A stretch of DNA of 64,000 nucleotides from Armatimonadota bacterium (lineage in GTDB: Bacteria > Armatimonadota > Fimbriimonadia > Fimbriimonadales > GBS-DC): the NCBI GenBank assembly GCA_037444405.1, contig JBBIML010000010.1:32001-96000 (forward strand), in the 5' to 3' direction. This document shows, one piece after another, positions 29,251 to 38,843 of the stretch. Every line of letters starts with the position of its first letter. The stretch's first letter is position 1. Under the pieces are notes generated by a model, which searched no databases, had not been told where the DNA came from, and saw nothing but the letters and a program-made list of their open reading frames with translations. The position numbers were made by a program, and so were the translations under genes.

Positions 29251-32084
29251 CCTTTGACCACGCCGATGGGGCGTAGGCGGGCGACTTTGCGTGCGATACC
29301 CGCGTGATGCACCACCTCCACCACATCGGCGACATCTTTGTAGGCGTAGGAGGCTTCCTCGCCAAGTGTGGCTTTGTTTTGTGCCCGCACGATGATGCCC
29401 TGCTCGGCTAACTCGCGGGCGATATCGCGCTTTTTCGCCTCGCGGAGCGCGCCCTTGCGACTCATCACGCGCCCCGCCCCATGACAGGTGGTGCCGAAGC
29501 TCATCTCCATCGCGCCCTGCGTGCCCACCAGCACATAGGAGTAGCGCCCCATATCGCCCGGTATCAGCACGGGCTGACCCACTTCGCGATAGGCGGGCGG
29601 CGTCTCCGGATGACCCGGCGGGAAGGCGCGGGTCGCACCCTTCCGATGCACGCACACCCGCACCGGCTTGCCCTCCCAGATGTGGTCTTCGATTTTGGCG
29701 ATATTGTGCGCCACATCGTACACCTGATAGATGCCCAGGCTCTCCGGCGTGGAGCCGAACACCTTCGCGAACGCCTGACGCACCCAGTGCGCAATCGCCT
29801 GACGGTTGGCAAAGGCGAAGTTCGCCGCGCAGTGCATCGCCCGCAGGTAGGTCTGACCCTCCTCTGATTGGATCGGTGCGCACGCCAGCTGGCGGTCAGG
29901 CAGGGAGATGCCGTACTTGCGGTGCGCCTGCTCCATAATGTCGAGATGGTCCTGGCAGGTCTGATGCCCGAAGCCGCGCGAGCCGGTGTGAATCATCACG
30001 GTGATCTGCCCCTTTTGCGTGATGCCGAGCGCTTCGGCGGCTTTGGGGTCGTAAATCTCGTCCACCACCTGAATCTCCAGGAAGTGGTTGCCGCCGCCGA
30101 GCGTGCCGAGCTGGTCTTTGCCGCGCTCGATGGCTTTCTCGGTAATCACATCGGGGTCGGGCATATCGAGTCGCCCTGTTGCTTCCGTGTGCTGGAGGTC
30201 GTCCTCCCAGCCATAGCCGTGTTCGACCATCCAGTGGGCGCCTTTGAGCATCACCTGCCGCAGCTCCTGACGGTTCACTTTAATCAGCCCTTCGCCGCCG
30301 AAGCCCGCGGGCACATCCCGAAAGATTTGATCCACCAGCTCCTTCAGGCGCGGACGCACTTTCTGCTCGGTCAGATCGGTGCGCAACAGACGCACACCAC
30401 AGTTGGACACCACGAACCCGTTCGCGATGAAGTTGTGCCCGGAATGCTGGACGCTGAGGTCATACACAAACGGCTCGCTGTAGTCGATGGCTTCGATGCT
30501 CTGGATCGAATCCCAGACCAGCCCATCCTCACCGACCAGCATGTCGCGGGCGAACTCGGCAAAAGAGGGGAAATCTTTTCGGGATAAAATCTGTTGTTTA
30601 AGGCGCAGATAGACAACCGCCGCGTTTGCCAATCGCTGGCGCTCGCGCTGATACTCGTAGCCAATCTGGCTCCAGAGGCGGATCAGGTTTGTATCGTTGC
30701 CCACAATCTGCAATCGGCAGCGGATGGAGCGCTGACCGTTGCGCCCGATGGAGCTCACTTCGGGCGTGTTGTCCAGCAGGCGCGACTGAACACCAAACCG
30801 CTGGAGCATCTGCTGAATATCCTTGAGGAACGCCCACCCCGATTCGGCAAGCGGTTCGCGCTTGTTGAGGCACAGCAGAGGCGCCTGGAAAGTCGCAGGA
30901 TGATGCGGGAGCGTGCTGGGCGCGCCCAGCTCCGCGCCAAACAGGGCGGACAGATAGAGCCGCTGAATCCATAGCGGCTGGCGCATCAACCATTCGGACA
31001 CACGATACGCCTGATTCGCCTTGTTGCCCAGCGGTGAACCCAGACAGGCAAGCAACGCCACGAACGCACTGCTGGACACGCTGAAGGAGCTTTCCTGGGC
31101 TTCGAACTCATAGGCGCGATAGCAGGTCTGAACCCGATGCTGGCGGGTTCGCGTGCGGACCGGTGACGGGGTGAAGCCGACGCGCTGAATATCGGCACGA
31201 ATCTGCTCCAGATCGGCAGGCTTGCCATAGAAGACAGCAACACCTTTACCCCGACCGCCCACATAGCGCATCGTGCCATCGCCCATCAGGTAGCCCAGAA
31301 TTTTGACGAGAGGGGGCAGCGACGGAGAATCGGCTCGCAAAGGCAACAGGTTCAGCCGCTGGAGCTGGCACAGAATCTGGCGGCAGGCATTCTCGGATTT
31401 CCCCTGCCGCTGGAGATGGGCGCGAACGGTCTGAGCGTCCAGAATAATCTCGTCCGACGGCGGCTCATAGCGCACGCCTTCAAACGGATAGAGCGCAACG
31501 CGCTCACCAGCCTGCAAATCGCGCAGGCGCTTCATGCCGTTCGGTGTCCAGAAGGGATGTTCCGCTGTAGCGATAACTTCGAAGCCTGAAGCCGTGCGCA
31601 GTCGATAGACGCGATTGCGCGGGCGAACACGCATCACGGCTCCCACCTGCGCCGCCGTGCGCGCGCCACGCGAGAGGTCAAAACAGGTGACCGCTCGATT
31701 CAACCACTGTTCGCCCAGACCGCCAATCGTATGCCAGCAGCCATGCTCGGTCAGCACCCGGGTGTCGGGATGAAGGCAGTTGATATCATAACCTATTCCC
31801 CCCGGTGAGATCACGCCTTCTTCGATGTCCATCGCGGCGACGCCGCCCACCGGGAAGCCGTAGCCCCAGTGGATGTCGGGCATCGCAATCGAGTAGCCCA
31901 CGATGCCAGGCAGAAACGCCACATTCGCCACCTGCTCGGGCGCCTGATCCTGCCGAATCTGCTCAATCAGCTCCTTGCTGGCGAAGATCAGCCCGTCGAC
32001 CCGCATGCCGGGCTTATAATCCTTCGGGATGCGCCAGCGGTACTCGTCAATCTGAATCAGTGGACCCTTCCAGACCTCACTCAT
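29247..32084 (-). CDS. rtcB: RtcB RNA ligase with intein
   Basis: MPDIHWGYGFPVG, GYDIN|CG, GTLGGGNHFLE, HRKGAT, HGAGR. Confidence 0.95.
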   Translation of the reverse strand: MSEVWKGPLIQIDEYRWRIPKDYKPGMRVDGLIFASKELIEQIRQDQAPEQVANVAFLPGIVGYSIAMPDIHWGYGFPVGGVAAMDIEEGVISPGGIGYDINCLHPDTRVLTEHGCWHTIGGLGEQWLNRAVTCFDLSRGARTAAQVGAVMRVRPRNRVYRLRTASGFEVIATAEHPFWTPNGMKRLRDLQAGERVALYPFEGVRYEPPSDEIILDAQTVRAHLQRQGKSENACRQILCQLQRLNLLPLRADSPSLPPLVKILGYLMGDGTMRYVGGRGKGVAVFYGKPADLEQIRADIQRVGFTPSPVRTRTRQHRVQTCYRAYEFEAQESSFSVSSSAFVALLACLGSPLGNKANQAYRVSEWLMRQPLWIQRLYLSALFGAELGAPSTLPHHPATFQAPLLCLNKREPLAESGWAFLKDIQQMLQRFGVQSRLLDNTPEVSSIGRNGQRSIRCRLQIVGNDTNLIRLWSQIGYEYQRERQRLANAAVVYLRLKQQILSRKDFPSFAEFARDMLVGEDGLVWDSIQSIEAIDYSEPFVYDLSVQHSGHNFIANGFVVSNCGVRLLRTDLTEQKVRPRLKELVDQIFRDVPAGFGGEGLIKVNRQELRQVMLKGAHWMVEHGYGWEDDLQHTEATGRLDMPDPDVITEKAIERGKDQLGTLGGGNHFLEIQVVDEIYDPKAAEALGITQKGQITVMIHTGSRGFGHQTCQDHLDIMEQAHRKYGISLPDRQLACAPIQSEEGQTYLRAMHCAANFAFANRQAIAHWVRQAFAKVFGSTPESLGIYQVYDVAHNIAKIEDHIWEGKPVRVCVHRKGATRAFPPGHPETPPAYREVGQPVLIPGDMGRYSYVLVGTQGAMEMSFGTTCHGAGRVMSRKGALREAKKRDIARELAEQGIIVRAQNKATLGEEASYAYKDVADVVEVVHHAGIARKVARLRPIGVVKG
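30402..31778 (-). mobile_element. 459-aa intein with LAGLIDADG homing endonuclease
   Basis: starts CLHPDT, block B TAEHPF, LGYLMGDG and LSALFGAE, ends HNFIANGFVVSN|C. Confidence 0.92.
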
Positions 32085-32236
32085 GCTGGTGCCACCTCCT
32101 GCAGGAGGAGATTATACCCGCTCGCGGGCGTCGCCCACCGCGCCCCTGCCGTTAGGCGTCCGACAAGAAACGGGGGTATACTTACTCCGAGACTGTTTTT
32201 ATCAGCATCCCGATTCTTCCCGTGAGGGAGGCTGAT

Positions 32237-32935
32237 GGAATGGTGGAATGGATGCCGAACGTGGGCAAGGAGCTGATCTGCATCGTCGCGGGGCGGCGAT
32301 GGGCGCGCTATCCCGTGCGAACCCATGTTGTTCAGCAGGGTGAAGACCTGCTGACGCTGGTTCAGCAGTACGTGGCGGCTCATCTGCAAGCAGGCGATAT
32401 AGTGGCGATTACCGAGAAGGTGGTGGCTATCAGTCAGGGGCGGGCGTTCCCAGTGGAGACGATCCAGCCGCGCCCGCTGGCACGCTGGCTCAGCCGCTAT
32501 GTGACGCGAACCCCGCACGGCATCGGCATCGGCAGCCCCGTGACGATGGAGCTGGCGCTGCGCGAGGCGGGCACCGCCCGCATCCTGCTGGCAGCAACGG
32601 TGGCAGCCATAACCCGACCGCTGGGCATTCGCGGACTGTTCTATCGCATCGCAGGACGCGCTATCGCCGCCATCGACGGACCCACCCCCTACACCCTGCC
32701 GCCCTACAATCGCTACGCGGTGCTGGCGCCGAAAGACCCCGACCGGGTGGCGCAGAATCTCGCCGATGCCCTGCAGGTGGCGATGGCGATTGTCGACGCG
32801 AACGATCTGGGCGTGACGGTGCTGGGCGCCAGCAGGGGTGTGGATCGCTCGCTGGTGCGCGCCCTCTTCCACGACAACCCGCTCGGGCAGGGCAGCCAGC
32901 AGACCCCACTGTGCATTCTGCGCCCGCTGGATTAG
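32237..32935 (+). CDS. F420-0:gamma-glutamyl ligase (CofE-like) family protein
   Basis: T.VV..G, EKVVAISQG, IDG, VDAND, DNPLGQ..QQTP. Confidence 0.75.
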   Translation, partial: GMVEWMPNVGKELICIVAGRRWARYPVRTHVVQQGEDLLTLVQQYVAAHLQAGDIVAITEKVVAISQGRAFPVETIQPRPLARWLSRYVTRTPHGIGIGSPVTMELALREAGTARILLAATVAAITRPLGIRGLFYRIAGRAIAAIDGPTPYTLPPYNRYAVLAPKDPDRVAQNLADALQVAMAIVDANDLGVTVLGASRGVDRSLVRALFHDNPLGQGSQQTPLCILRPLD

Positions 32936-33016
32936 CCCGAATCGGGCAAAATAGGACTAAAGTCCCTACCGCTGACCGCCTCTCAGGGAGTAATATCCAC
33001 TTGGGAGAGTCTGTTC

Positions 33017-33829
33017 GTGGATGCCGTGTTGATTGCAGGCGGTCTGGCACCTGCGGAGCTGGCGCAGGTGGCAGGGCACTCGCGCAAGGGGCTTTTCGAT
33101 TTCAACGGTCAGCCCCTTGCTCAGCGTGTGGTGCAGGTGCTTCAGGCGAGCGGAGTGGGGCGCATCGCAATCGTGGGGTCGGAACTGCTGATAGCGCATC
33201 TGAGCGCCGACCCCGACCGCCTGCTGTTCGTCTCGGAGGGCAGGGAGCCGATTGAGAACCTGCTGCGCGGGGTGGAGCGGCTCGGTCTGCACAAGAGCGA
33301 CCGATTCCTGCACTGCGCGGTCGATCTGCCGATGTTGAACGCGCACGCTGTTTGCGACTGGCTGCAGGCGATACCGTCCGAGAGCGATCTGGCGGTCGCA
33401 TTCGTTCCCGATAGTGTGTTTGCGCGTGCCTTTCCGGGCGCGCCCTATCAGGCGGTGCGCTTTCGCGAAGGGGCGTTCCTCACGGCGAGCATGAGCGTGA
33501 TGCGCGTGGGCTTTCTGGAGGCGTATCAGCCTCGCCTGCAGGCGCTGGCGCGCGCCCGCAAGAGCCTGCCGCGCTTCGCCTTCCAGCTGGGCGCGTGGCT
33601 CGGCGTTCGCCTGCTGACGGTAGGCGTGCCTGCCCTGCTCAAATTCGTGCGCGGTCGGCTCGCCCTGCAGGAGCTGCCTGCACTGGCGCAGCGCCACTTC
33701 AACCTCCGCCTGCACATCTATCCGCACGCCATGCCCGAGCTGGCGTTCGACATCGACACAGTGGACGACTACCGCTACGCGCAGGCATGGCTGCACCGCC
33801 ACCAGCCCCACGACTGGGAAGGTGGCTGA
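33017..33829 (+). CDS. MobA-like NTP transferase domain protein
   Basis: AVLIAGG, K.L....G, DLP, DIDT.DD. Confidence 0.75.
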   Translation: MDAVLIAGGLAPAELAQVAGHSRKGLFDFNGQPLAQRVVQVLQASGVGRIAIVGSELLIAHLSADPDRLLFVSEGREPIENLLRGVERLGLHKSDRFLHCAVDLPMLNAHAVCDWLQAIPSESDLAVAFVPDSVFARAFPGAPYQAVRFREGAFLTASMSVMRVGFLEAYQPRLQALARARKSLPRFAFQLGAWLGVRLLTVGVPALLKFVRGRLALQELPALAQRHFNLRLHIYPHAMPELAFDIDTVDDYRYAQAWLHRHQPHDWEGG

Positions 33830-34018
33830 AAGAATAATATTCCGACGATCGCCCCCGCAACCTGCACACCTCCATGCTCGCTACTTCAAGTAAAAACAAA
33901 CCAGACATCCCAGAAAGCCAGCAACTTTCTACCTCAAAACGGAGCCAATCCCGAAATGCAGCGGCATCACACGCGTAAGACGGTCAAAAAACTCAAACTT
34001 TAGCCTCTGCAGGCGTCC

Positions 34019-35104
34019 TCAGAGATCTGCCTTGCCTCGCCAAAACTGGTACAAAGGTCGCTCGTATGGATTTTCTCCCTGCTGGATACCAATCAGAAAA
34101 ACAGCTTTCCCCGATTGCTGGATATAGCTGTAACTTCTACCTGTCGGCACTTCCACTGCAAGCAACTCGCTGTGAAAGTTCTCCTCATCTCTCCGTTCCC
34201 AAACCGAAAGAAGCACCCAGCGCCCATCCTCCGTCACATCCAGCGCAAGCATCCTCACCCAGCGGTGTTGCCCGCGCCCCATCACCACACGCGAACGCCC
34301 ATCCCGCCACTCTACCGACACTTGCTGACGCCCCGGACGCTCTTCACGATACGAATCCGCAGCAAACGGCTCCACCCGCACCCGAACCTGTTGACGGGGA
34401 GAGTAGCGGAAGGCACAGTTCTTATCCATGCGCACAGGACCCCATCGGTAGCGTGGATCCAACAAAGCCCAATCGTGGTACACCTCATCCAGCTGACGCC
34501 CCCGCAACACCCAGCGGCGCCCACTGACCACATCCTGCTTGTAAGCCCGCCCCCGATGATAATCGCGACATAATTCCAAAAAGTCTTCCTGATACCAGAT
34601 ATGCCGACTGTCTGGATACCACCCAAACCGATATGCGGCATTTGGATCCTCGGTGTCGCGCGGATACTCTGGCGTCGCTAAACGACGCACACGGCGCGTG
34701 GCACAGTCTACCACCATCATCTGCTCTTCCCCGGCGCCCCCGTATCCGCACAAAAAACGACTATCGGGCGAGAACTTGCAGCGGTATAGACCTTTCAGCA
34801 CAATCGGTTTGAAACTCGCGTCGCCCACTTTGCCGCAATAGGTGAAAGATAACCCCTCATAGTGGTAATACTTACCATCAGGCGATGGGTCCGCAAGGCG
34901 AGGCTGGTTCTCTATCGAATCGAGAAAAAGGGGGATGCTTTGCTGAGGTTCCTCAACGACTTCCCCCTCGCGATAGTGTAAGATTTTACGATGGAGACTA
35001 ATCCAGTAATGCCCTTTAGGTGCGGGTTGGTCGGGATCTATATCCAAAGTGGTATAAACAACGGGCAGTGGTGTTAGCTCATCTTGCCTCTTCTGCCAGA
35101 ACAT
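34019..35104 (-). CDS. hypothetical TolB/WD40-like beta-rich protein (paralogue 2)
   Basis: SPDGKY, FSPDSRFL, WYPDSRHI; GAGGAGGT RBS. Confidence 0.65.
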   Translation of the reverse strand: MFWQKRQDELTPLPVVYTTLDIDPDQPAPKGHYWISLHRKILHYREGEVVEEPQQSIPLFLDSIENQPRLADPSPDGKYYHYEGLSFTYCGKVGDASFKPIVLKGLYRCKFSPDSRFLCGYGGAGEEQMMVVDCATRRVRRLATPEYPRDTEDPNAAYRFGWYPDSRHIWYQEDFLELCRDYHRGRAYKQDVVSGRRWVLRGRQLDEVYHDWALLDPRYRWGPVRMDKNCAFRYSPRQQVRVRVEPFAADSYREERPGRQQVSVEWRDGRSRVVMGRGQHRWVRMLALDVTEDGRWVLLSVWERRDEENFHSELLAVEVPTGRSYSYIQQSGKAVFLIGIQQGENPYERPLYQFWRGKADL

Positions 35105-35123
35105 CGTCTGATACCTCCTCGTA

Positions 35124-36116
35124 CTATGAAGAATAAACAAAATAACATAAATCAACCAAAAACAATTTATAATAATAACTTTGTAAAATATTAAATTTAT
35201 TTAATTTTTGAAAATTTTCTATTTGAAAAATAACATCTATTTGGCTTTTCCTGATATCAACTACTGAAAGATAGAGAATTTTTGTACTATCTCTTGGAAT
35301 ACCAACTAATAAAGCCCACTGTCCATCATCGGTTATGTCTAACCCGTGAACATATTTCCAGCGATGCTGACCAGGGCGCAATATCACATGTTTTTTTCCA
35401 TCATGTGTTTCACACTTTACATAAGGATAGGTTTTTATGGTCGTCTTTAGTCCATTACCGATGGTTTCTGTTTTAGACCCCTCTATGCGAAGGCGGATCT
35501 GATGATGGCGTGAGTAGGCGTAGTATGGATATCCATGCCGAAAACGCTGGTCTGTTAGCGCCCAATCTCCACTCAGCTGCTTAACTTCGTTGACATTCAG
35601 TACACGACGCTTCCCTGTAGTAACATCTTGTCGGTAATAGACAAGGCGAGGTTTTGCTGCACGGCTTGCTGGAAACTCCAGCTCATACCAGATGTGACGG
35701 CTGTCAGGATACCAACCAAACTTTTTAATCTCACCCTTTCCATAACTTAGTTCGCGAACCTCCTCTCGTCTGAGAACATCGAAAAGGCTCAAGTTATGAT
35801 AATACGCAAACCCCCCGATCGAGTTGCCCAGCAGATACCGGCTATCTGGAGAAAATAGGCTAAGATAAAGAGCGTTTGATAAAAGGTTGAACTTCTCTCC
35901 CACCTGTAAGTTTGCTAACAGAGTAGCTACCGTTATGCAGTAAATCCACTGCCGGTCGGGAGAAGTCCGCGCCTCCCGATGGTAATCAAATGTCACAGGA
36001 AAGAGTGACTTCGCCTGCCACTTGCCCGATTCGTACCTTGCGATGGTTAGATAGTTGTTCTCAGTGCAAACCAACTCTATGGGCGGTGGAGTGTTCCTGT
36101 TGATAAAGAAGCTCAT
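35124..36116 (-). CDS. hypothetical TolB/WD40-like beta-rich protein (paralogue 1)
   Basis: FSPDSRYL, FGWYPDSRHIWY shared with neighbour; GGAGGG RBS; low GC. Confidence 0.65.
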   Translation of the reverse strand: MSFFINRNTPPPIELVCTENNYLTIARYESGKWQAKSLFPVTFDYHREARTSPDRQWIYCITVATLLANLQVGEKFNLLSNALYLSLFSPDSRYLLGNSIGGFAYYHNLSLFDVLRREEVRELSYGKGEIKKFGWYPDSRHIWYELEFPASRAAKPRLVYYRQDVTTGKRRVLNVNEVKQLSGDWALTDQRFRHGYPYYAYSRHHQIRLRIEGSKTETIGNGLKTTIKTYPYVKCETHDGKKHVILRPGQHRWKYVHGLDITDDGQWALLVGIPRDSTKILYLSVVDIRKSQIDVIFQIENFQKLNKFNILQSYYYKLFLVDLCYFVYSS

Positions 36117-36129
36117 TCTTTCCCCTCCC

Positions 36130-37074
36130 TCACCTCAGATCGATAGAAATATATTCTCTAAGATTGTCACCCGCTACCGGCCAGGTTTGACGCTTACCCT
36201 TCCCAAAGAGAGAAACAAGATAAGGCTGCCACCGATAATAACCTACTTGCCCACGATTCGGATGATGGAGCATCAGCCCTCCCTCTACATCCCAGTTTGC
36301 TCCGCGTATCCCAAAATAAACACAGGGGGTGTCTTCCGTTGGCTGGCCGCCTACATTGAATGTATCGTTAATCCGAGCCAGTGGAGCACCTGTGCGTGGG
36401 TGTAAAAGTGGAGGCAAATAAAACCAACCATGTCCTCCTATAAACCCATCTTGATTGGTGCGAACGCGACGATACGGACCTGTCTGATCTTCACCTTGCA
36501 AAGTAAGACTTTCGTTTGTCGAGGTACGCGGCACTACTACTCCTCCACCATAGTCGATTTGGCTGATCAATAACCTATACACGCCAGGCGCCGCAGTTGG
36601 AGGCAACGGGTTACCAAGCTCGTCCTCCTCATAATATAACCCATCAGGCCCTAAAACACTTAACTCACCAGATGGAATATATCCTATCACACTTCGAACA
36701 CTACTTAGAATGAAATTCGTGTCCTGCGTGTCCCACGGGATCGCCCCCACATGCGGCACTGCGCTATCTTCCTCCAAAGGCGGACCCCACACCCCATTCC
36801 ACTCCGCCTCCACCACAAAATAGTACTCCTGCTCACTCACCAAGCCCGACACCGTGTATTGCCGTGCCAAACCCGACAACACCTCACTCGCGCCGGGATA
36901 ACTCCCGCTCACCGTTCCCCAGCGCACCCGATAACCCGTCGCACCCGGTACCGGATCCCAATAAACCGTCACCTTGTTCGCCCCCGTCGGCACCGCAAAG
37001 ATCCACGGCACCTCCGTCACGATTTTACCCTCTGTCCGCAGCCAGCGTGTGCCGCTCTCTTCCCGCGCCCGCAC
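36130..37074 (-). CDS. fibronectin type III domain protein, probably 5'-truncated
   Basis: V.W.PV.GATGYRV.W, YTVSGL...EYYFVV. Confidence 0.65.
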   Translation of the reverse strand: MRAREESGTRWLRTEGKIVTEVPWIFAVPTGANKVTVYWDPVPGATGYRVRWGTVSGSYPGASEVLSGLARQYTVSGLVSEQEYYFVVEAEWNGVWGPPLEEDSAVPHVGAIPWDTQDTNFILSSVRSVIGYIPSGELSVLGPDGLYYEEDELGNPLPPTAAPGVYRLLISQIDYGGGVVVPRTSTNESLTLQGEDQTGPYRRVRTNQDGFIGGHGWFYLPPLLHPRTGAPLARINDTFNVGGQPTEDTPCVYFGIRGANWDVEGGLMLHHPNRGQVGYYRWQPYLVSLFGKGKRQTWPVAGDNLREYISIDLR

Positions 37075-37291
37075 CGTGTAAAACCCCCGCAGGCAGGTTG
37101 GTCAGCTGCACCTCCTGCTCGGTCAGCCCTTTCTGCAGGCAGATGCGTTTAGCGCGTTCAAATAGCTGTTCTAATATTTCCAGCGTCTCTGCTGAGATGT
37201 CCATAGCCCTCTTTCGGGCGATGCGAGCAATAGGGGAATACGCGCACGGCGCCGAGAATCCTGCTGTTGTTGGGTATTATTCAGCGGGTCG

Positions 37292-37765
37292 ATGGCGGAA
37301 GTGGAGCGGTTGATCGCGGGCGTGCAGATTAAGCGGCTGACACCGCACGCCGATGAGCGCGGCTTCCTGATGGAGATGCTGCGCGCGGACGATCCCATCT
37401 TCCAGAAGTTCGGGCAAGCCTATGTGTCGCTGAACTACCCCGGCGTGATCCGCGCCTGGCACTGGCACGAGAAACAGACCGACTACTGGGTGGTGGTGAA
37501 AGGCATGATCAAGGCGGTGCTGTATGACCGTCGCCCCGAATCGCCCACTTATGGGCTGATCAACGAATTCTTTATGGGGGAGCAGAACCCGATTTTGCTG
37601 GTCATTCCGCCGCTGGTGGCGCACGGTTATAAGACCATCGGCGTGGAGCCGTCGCTGCTGATTAACTTTCCGACGGAGCCGTATAATCGGGATCGTCCTG
37701 ACGAGTTCCGCCTGCCCTACGACACCCCTGAAATCCCTTACGATTGGTCCATCCGAATGGGCTAA
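37292..37765 (+). CDS. dTDP-4-dehydrorhamnose 3,5-epimerase family protein
   Basis: DERG.LME, RAWHWH, D.R..SPT, IPP.VAHG. Confidence 0.88.
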   Translation: MAEVERLIAGVQIKRLTPHADERGFLMEMLRADDPIFQKFGQAYVSLNYPGVIRAWHWHEKQTDYWVVVKGMIKAVLYDRRPESPTYGLINEFFMGEQNPILLVIPPLVAHGYKTIGVEPSLLINFPTEPYNRDRPDEFRLPYDTPEIPYDWSIRMG

Positions 37766-37816
37766 GTAGCACGCTGTATCATTCCTGCGCGTTTAGAGCA
37801 TCTTGCAGAAGCTCTT

Positions 37817-38839
37817 TCAACCCCTCTGTGTTGACGAAGAAGTTTTGGGGATTCTGCACTGGTGGGGAAGGTGTGCCTGGGCTACGGTGTACACACCGTT
37901 GCGCTTGTGCTGCAGCAAGCAGAGTGTGACTGTTATGCCGTTGATTGTTATCTGATTTTCCGGCTGAACTTCAGCCGTAAGACCATCCTTCTGGAACATC
38001 TGAGCCACTATTTCTGCTTCTCTTTTAGACTGGGTACCGTCATGTTGAAAAATGAGATTTACAGTGCGTTCCTTTATCGCATTGTATTTATGGGGATTGC
38101 CCTCTGCTTCAACCTCTGCCATAACCCTGAGGCGAGGCTTGATGGAAGCACCCTCGATTCGGCGCACTTTTGCAATTTGGTCGCGACTCAAAGACGATAA
38201 CTTATCCAAAATCTGTTGAACATTGTACGAATTCGCACTTAGACCAGCCTCTTGCATGACTTGCTTCCACAGTTCTCGCAAGAGTTCCTGGTTCGTAATC
38301 GTGCAGAAAAACGAGCCTTCTACAATTGAGAGGCGCACGGAATGCGGTTCTCGTCTCTTTGTGCGTATTATGTAGAAGCAATCACGCTCATCGGGGCAGG
38401 GCTTGCCAACCTGCCGCTGGTACCACCTCACCGAAGATTGTACATGTTGGGGAAGCTCACTGAGCTCTTTGCGTTTCTCTGGGAGAGTCGAGTTGAAGGA
38501 TGCTATCGCTTCGCCTTCGCTGTCTTTCAACTCAATCAAGGCACCATCGCCTAACAGATCCACGCCTTGGCATTCCAGCACAAAGTCGGGGAAGCTGCCA
38601 GAGTCTTTCGCCCAATCCTTGCCGTACCACTCCTGAAGAGTCTGGCTCTCATTTTTGTGTATCAAGTGCTGGAGAGCTTTTGCCCGTGCGCTCACATGAC
38701 TTTGGAGCGTTTTTCGGGCGCCATAGTACGCATAATCTCCATAGCTGGCAGCAATCACTTCCAGCTTTTCAGTGTGCAAGAGTTGCGGATTTGTGTTGAG
38801 ATACTTGAGTATGTCAAAGTAAAGCCTGAAGATTGCCAT
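37817..38839 (-). CDS. putative type II restriction endonuclease
   Basis: FPDF...IELKD PD-(D/E)xK motif; directly downstream of a methylase; low GC. Confidence 0.55.
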   Translation of the reverse strand: MAIFRLYFDILKYLNTNPQLLHTEKLEVIAASYGDYAYYGARKTLQSHVSARAKALQHLIHKNESQTLQEWYGKDWAKDSGSFPDFVLECQGVDLLGDGALIELKDSEGEAIASFNSTLPEKRKELSELPQHVQSSVRWYQRQVGKPCPDERDCFYIIRTKRREPHSVRLSIVEGSFFCTITNQELLRELWKQVMQEAGLSANSYNVQQILDKLSSLSRDQIAKVRRIEGASIKPRLRVMAEVEAEGNPHKYNAIKERTVNLIFQHDGTQSKREAEIVAQMFQKDGLTAEVQPENQITINGITVTLCLLQHKRNGVYTVAQAHLPHQCRIPKTSSSTQRG

Positions 38840-38843
38840 CGGA

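Noticed and set aside
34019..37074. Diversity-generating retroelement explanation for the paralogues
   Set aside because: No reverse transcriptase and no TR/VR pair differing only at adenines seen
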